From the NCBI GenBank assembly GCA_004376575.1, contig SOJN01000046.1:48709-112708 (forward strand): 64,000 nt of DNA, in the 5' to 3' direction. Source of the DNA: a candidate division TA06 bacterium (lineage in GTDB: Bacteria; Hydrothermota; DG-26; E44-bin18). Within the stretch, counting starts at the first letter, position 1; every line of letters starts with the position of its first letter. Positions 61,601 to 64,000 of the stretch are shown here, one piece after another. Position numbers and translations under genes: made by a program. The notes beneath the pieces are model-generated. The model did not search any database, was not told where the DNA came from, and saw only the letters and a program-made list of their open reading frames with translations.

Positions 61601-63509
61601 GGAGTTGCGTTTGACTTCGCAGAAGCCGGATTCCGCGTTCGTCTGTGTGAGCGATTCAGCCGGCACCTTTGGTGAGACAGTCATTCCGCTGGCTGGTGGC
61701 CAGGGAGCGATCAGCTTTGAGGTACCTATGGGAGTCAAGTCGGGAATGGCGTTGGCCAGAGCCTATGCGTGGGATACAGAATCGGCATTTGACGCTCTGG
61801 GCGCCGCGGAGTTCGCCATCTCATCGCCGTCCATCTATCTGGTAAAGACCATTCCCCAGAAGCCCGGACCATGGGATTCGGTTCACGTGATGGCCTGTAT
61901 CCAATACAGTCCTGGGATCGACTCGGCAAACACCTACTGGGCAAGATCGAGAAGCCCTCAAAACTGGAACACGATAGGGATGACAGCCATTGCCGGAGAT
62001 ACCTTCCAGACCTCATCGCCTATTCCTCAACAAACTCCGGACAAGCCGGTCTGCTATAAGGTAGTTGCGTACGGGTCAGATGGAAAGACGCTGGAGAGCG
62101 CGCTGTACTCATACCAGGTCCCGGATAGACCTAATCTCCTTCTCCTCAGCGAGGAAGACATCTACCTTGGAGGAGAAAGAAGGGTCACGTTGTCTGCGAA
62201 GGTCTTCAACACCGGAAGCGTTGAGGTTGACTCATGTCCGGTCCTATTCAAAACTCTTCCTGACAGTCTTTCCATTGGCGAAGGTTGGGCCTCTGTGCCG
62301 GTCCTCGGGTACGGGGAGGCTTCTGTCCCCTGGTCCCTCGGAGGGTTGCTCTGGAGTGTCTATGTCGAGATAGACCCTGGAAACGAGATTGATGAGTCTC
62401 GGGAGGATGACAACTCGAGCATCAACTCACCAACCACAATCATCGTGGATAGATTCAATGTCTCAAAGGAATCCGGCACCTCAGGATGGGTGAGCAGCAT
62501 TGACTCCAATCTAGTTTGCAGCATACCATCCGACGCTGTGAGCGACAGCGTTGTACTTCAGATTCAGGTTGTAGAACCGCACGTGATGGAACAGCCGAGT
62601 CTGAGGTTTGCCGCCCTTCCAGGTTTCAAATCGGGAGGTGCGTACAAGCTCTCCCTTGCTGATAGCAGTGACACTCTGCTGTCGGGAAAGGAAATGGTCC
62701 TCAAAATGAGATTCGACAGTGAGGACTCCTTGAATAACGAGGAGCTGGATCTCATGGGAATCTACGCGTTCAATCCGCTCACTTTGAAATGGAAAAAGTA
62801 CGGAGGCCAAATAGATTCTTCAGAGATGAGTCTTCAGGCGAGAAAGCTTCGGGAGTATGCAGTGATCACGAGCGGTGACGTTCAACCACCTGAGATCAAA
62901 GTCTCTGTCAAGGACCAGGCCTTTGCCAGTGGAGACTTTGTCCCCGCCAGCCCTGCAATTTCTTTTCTCCTGATAGACGACAATGGCATTGATATGGAGA
63001 AAGGGCTTCTTCTGGTTCTGGACGGTGAGGATGTTGGGATTGCGGACTATGTGTACCCTGGAATATTTGGTGATGCAAATGAGGTGCAGGTCGGTTTTTA
63101 CCCTCATCTAACAGATGGTCCTCATACCATAAGGGTTGGTTGCTGGGACTGCTCTGGCAATTTCAGAAGTTTGGACTTCGCCGTACAGGTTCAGTCCGAA
63201 TTCCAGGTGACAGGCCTGGGCAACTACCCCAATCCCGTAGAGTCAAGAGAGACCGTTTTCGCATTCACCATGACTGCAGTCGCCGATGAGGCTGAGCTGA
63301 GGATTTACACACCTTCGGGAAGGCTCGTCAAATCGTTCGACAGAGGGAGATGGCGGGATCTCAAGGAGATAGGGTATCATGAAGTGGTCTGGAACCTGAC
63401 AGACGAAGATTGGTTTCCAGTAGCGAATGGTCTCTACTTCTATATGTTCAGGGCTAAGATAGAGAATAAGACCATAAAGGAGACGGGCAAATTGGCGGTA
63501 TTGAGATGA
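58674..63509 (+). CDS. very large secreted peptidase C25 (gingipain-like cysteine protease) with a T9SS C-terminal sorting domain
   Basis: Signal peptide MAFRSRGLPLLFLILAYPCLALSFG. Gingipain catalytic region VQYLGHGSGGTWSNPY...KIPVVASFTCFTSVFD (His in GHG, Cys in FTCF). CTD LGNYPNPVESRETVFAF...LRIYTPSGRLVKSF...GLYFYMFRA...KLAVLR. The track start is GTG 58632. Confidence 0.75.
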   Translation: MAFRSRGLPLLFLILAYPCLALSFGAETERTSLIEIVALGPERVEIEVTCGSIANMALTGDSLSTFSVTIPGFDQDCTPFGPCLPVKGFAVGIPVDADPAVTIIEKSSYDLKIPSGWPSSLGSSEIQSPVEIGLVGFIRDLKVAQILIHPVAYLPETKTLRVYDHIRFVVRFKSNYAGPIDGLGTQDPLDRLLYSLVINPEQSSKYKVRRQRDNRQSNLLAGGTERYKILVQEEGIYRITGSELEAAGMEIEWVDPRMIHLENLGQPVPLYVHGDADGKLDEDDYLEFYGEGPRGDYTYFNMYATSNVYWLFVGDSLGLPMIEEDGGLLETDPAQLEMPTSYDFDVHTEVDNWFERLPNDTMVQQDMWFWDMVSASEQAIKDFPLDLPDPDLGSGDTVVVKLGLQGMSHHGDVNPDHHCLFYLSGALAGGTYWDGQHTHVFSSEEEGTGLENTVLSESGNKLTIVMPGDTPAGFEDRVLVNWIEISYTRQYKAENDYIRFSKPRNGSIGLYQFTIEGFTTPEVSIYKLGKSKLANLSIEPVILFGDTSYQAAFQTRIVSEGVEFVAVAESRKKKVVSLEKDQPSDLHSSLNGADIIVVVHDSLAVSAEEYETFRESQGYRVELVNVSDVYDEFSYGIRDASAIRDFLRYAYLNWIPPAPSMCVLIGDGSSDDRDLNKRGGNLIPVHVERSIYSGLVASDNWYACIIGDDFLPDMIVSRFPVLTRQELSSVIEKLKRHEDRSTVGAWRGRVLCAAGEGGGFGVRFRELMEDSIAKIYLPIWADGKRVYAEHLPGVDPDPFYGDKGDLFGFLNDGVSVVQYLGHGSGGTWSNPYLLTPQDVPDLDNTGKIPVVASFTCFTSVFDQPSRQGLGEALFLEPEGGAVAVIGATSLGYFWEDVDLARSFNQTMVEDSTRTVGSLFYGSKLNYAFSNYGGYAATMIKCYCMLGDPASRFSLPVREVEVGVYPRSVGKGDSVRLELRLTSQKPDSAFVCVSDSAGTFGETVIPLAGGQGAISFEVPMGVKSGMALARAYAWDTESAFDALGAAEFAISSPSIYLVKTIPQKPGPWDSVHVMACIQYSPGIDSANTYWARSRSPQNWNTIGMTAIAGDTFQTSSPIPQQTPDKPVCYKVVAYGSDGKTLESALYSYQVPDRPNLLLLSEEDIYLGGERRVTLSAKVFNTGSVEVDSCPVLFKTLPDSLSIGEGWASVPVLGYGEASVPWSLGGLLWSVYVEIDPGNEIDESREDDNSSINSPTTIIVDRFNVSKESGTSGWVSSIDSNLVCSIPSDAVSDSVVLQIQVVEPHVMEQPSLRFAALPGFKSGGAYKLSLADSSDTLLSGKEMVLKMRFDSEDSLNNEELDLMGIYAFNPLTLKWKKYGGQIDSSEMSLQARKLREYAVITSGDVQPPEIKVSVKDQAFASGDFVPASPAISFLLIDDNGIDMEKGLLLVLDGEDVGIADYVYPGIFGDANEVQVGFYPHLTDGPHTIRVGCWDCSGNFRSLDFAVQVQSEFQVTGLGNYPNPVESRETVFAFTMTAVADEAELRIYTPSGRLVKSFDRGRWRDLKEIGYHEVVWNLTDEDWFPVANGLYFYMFRAKIENKTIKETGKLAVLR

Positions 63510-64000
63510 GTTTTAGGCTGGGCATAGGTATTGTTGCAGTAGTTCTTGTGTTTCCTGTTACATCATCAGGGGGAAGATATGCCGGCGACTTCCTGGACAT
63601 TGGGGTGGGGGGAAGGGCCCTGGGTATGGGGGGAGCTTTTGTTGCTCTGGCCAACGATGGTAGTGCGGCGTTTTTCAATCCTGCTGGTTTTGGACAGCTT
63701 GAAAAGAAGGGAATAACCCTTATGCACACCTGGCTCTTTATGGGGATGGCGAACTATGACTTTTTGAGTTTTGCCGGCCCTGTTGGAGACGGTCTTGGCA
63801 TAGGCCTCTCGTTGGTAAGGCTGGGCGTGGACGAGATTCCCATCTTTCCCGAGCTTTCAGGAACACCTGATGAAAGGAGAGACTCCCTGGAGTTGAGGCC
63901 TGACGGTACGCCTCTGGGGTATTTTCAAGATGCGGAATATGCCGCTTACCTGAGCGTGGGCAAGGCTATCACTTACGAGTTTGGAAAAGGTGTGAGGTAT
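63506..64000 (+). CDS. FadL-family outer-membrane beta-barrel, possibly a PorV/PorQ-type T9SS protein (3'-truncated by the window end)
   Basis: The ATG overlaps the peptidase stop (ATGA). Signal peptide. GGRALGMGGAFVALANDGSAAFFNPAG resembles the FadL/PorV N-terminal motif. Confidence 0.45.
   Translation, partial: MSFRLGIGIVAVVLVFPVTSSGGRYAGDFLDIGVGGRALGMGGAFVALANDGSAAFFNPAGFGQLEKKGITLMHTWLFMGMANYDFLSFAGPVGDGLGIGLSLVRLGVDEIPIFPELSGTPDERRDSLELRPDGTPLGYFQDAEYAAYLSVGKAITYEFGKGVRY

Overview
This 64-kb window looks like part of a bacterial chromosome at roughly 50% GC. Nearly all genes sit on the + strand, apart from one minus-strand signalling operon at about 32.1-42.9 kb. Many secreted proteins end in a T9SS-type C-terminal sorting domain (..YFCRL..KxxLLK). 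Left to right the window holds four blocks. Block 1, 1-9.9 kb, is housekeeping: a UPF0210-like protein, gltX followed by tRNA-Glu(CUC), a secreted M1 aminopeptidase with a T9SS CTD, and tRNA-Gln(CUG) followed by a 2-hydroxyacid dehydrogenase. Block 2, 9.9-31.5 kb, is a single co-directional Wzy-dependent polysaccharide locus: Wza, Wzc and CpsB, then an N-terminal Wzx flippase fragment, six GT4 glycosyltransferases (one fused to a GT9 heptosyltransferase-like domain), a Wzy polymerase, a radical-SAM/SPASM protein, an oxidoreductase, a WbaP-type priming transferase, an LbH nucleotidyltransferase-like protein, a ROK kinase, and an Omp85/TamA-like barrel. Block 3 is the minus-strand sigma-54-driven operon: a single-domain receiver, a GAF histidine kinase, three small paralogous about-60-66 aa proteins interleaved with a DUF5678-like plus retropepsin-like protease pair, an NtrC-type regulator, and a 1709-aa Ser/Thr-kinase-STAND-TPR-GAF-sigma54-activator fusion protein. 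Two more sigma-54 activators lie at 43.1-45.8 kb. Block 4, 46-64 kb, is an island of T9SS cargo genes: two paralogous single-domain receivers, each behind a consensus sigma-54 promoter, and two tandem modules of a large secreted protein without a CTD followed by a small CTD-bearing partner, each module preceded by TGGCAC-N5-TTGAT. It ends with a 1625-aa gingipain-like C25 peptidase overlapping a FadL/PorV-like barrel gene. No CRISPR array, transposase or integrase was seen. All calls rest on reading the translated ORFs and the raw sequence by eye; no database search was run.
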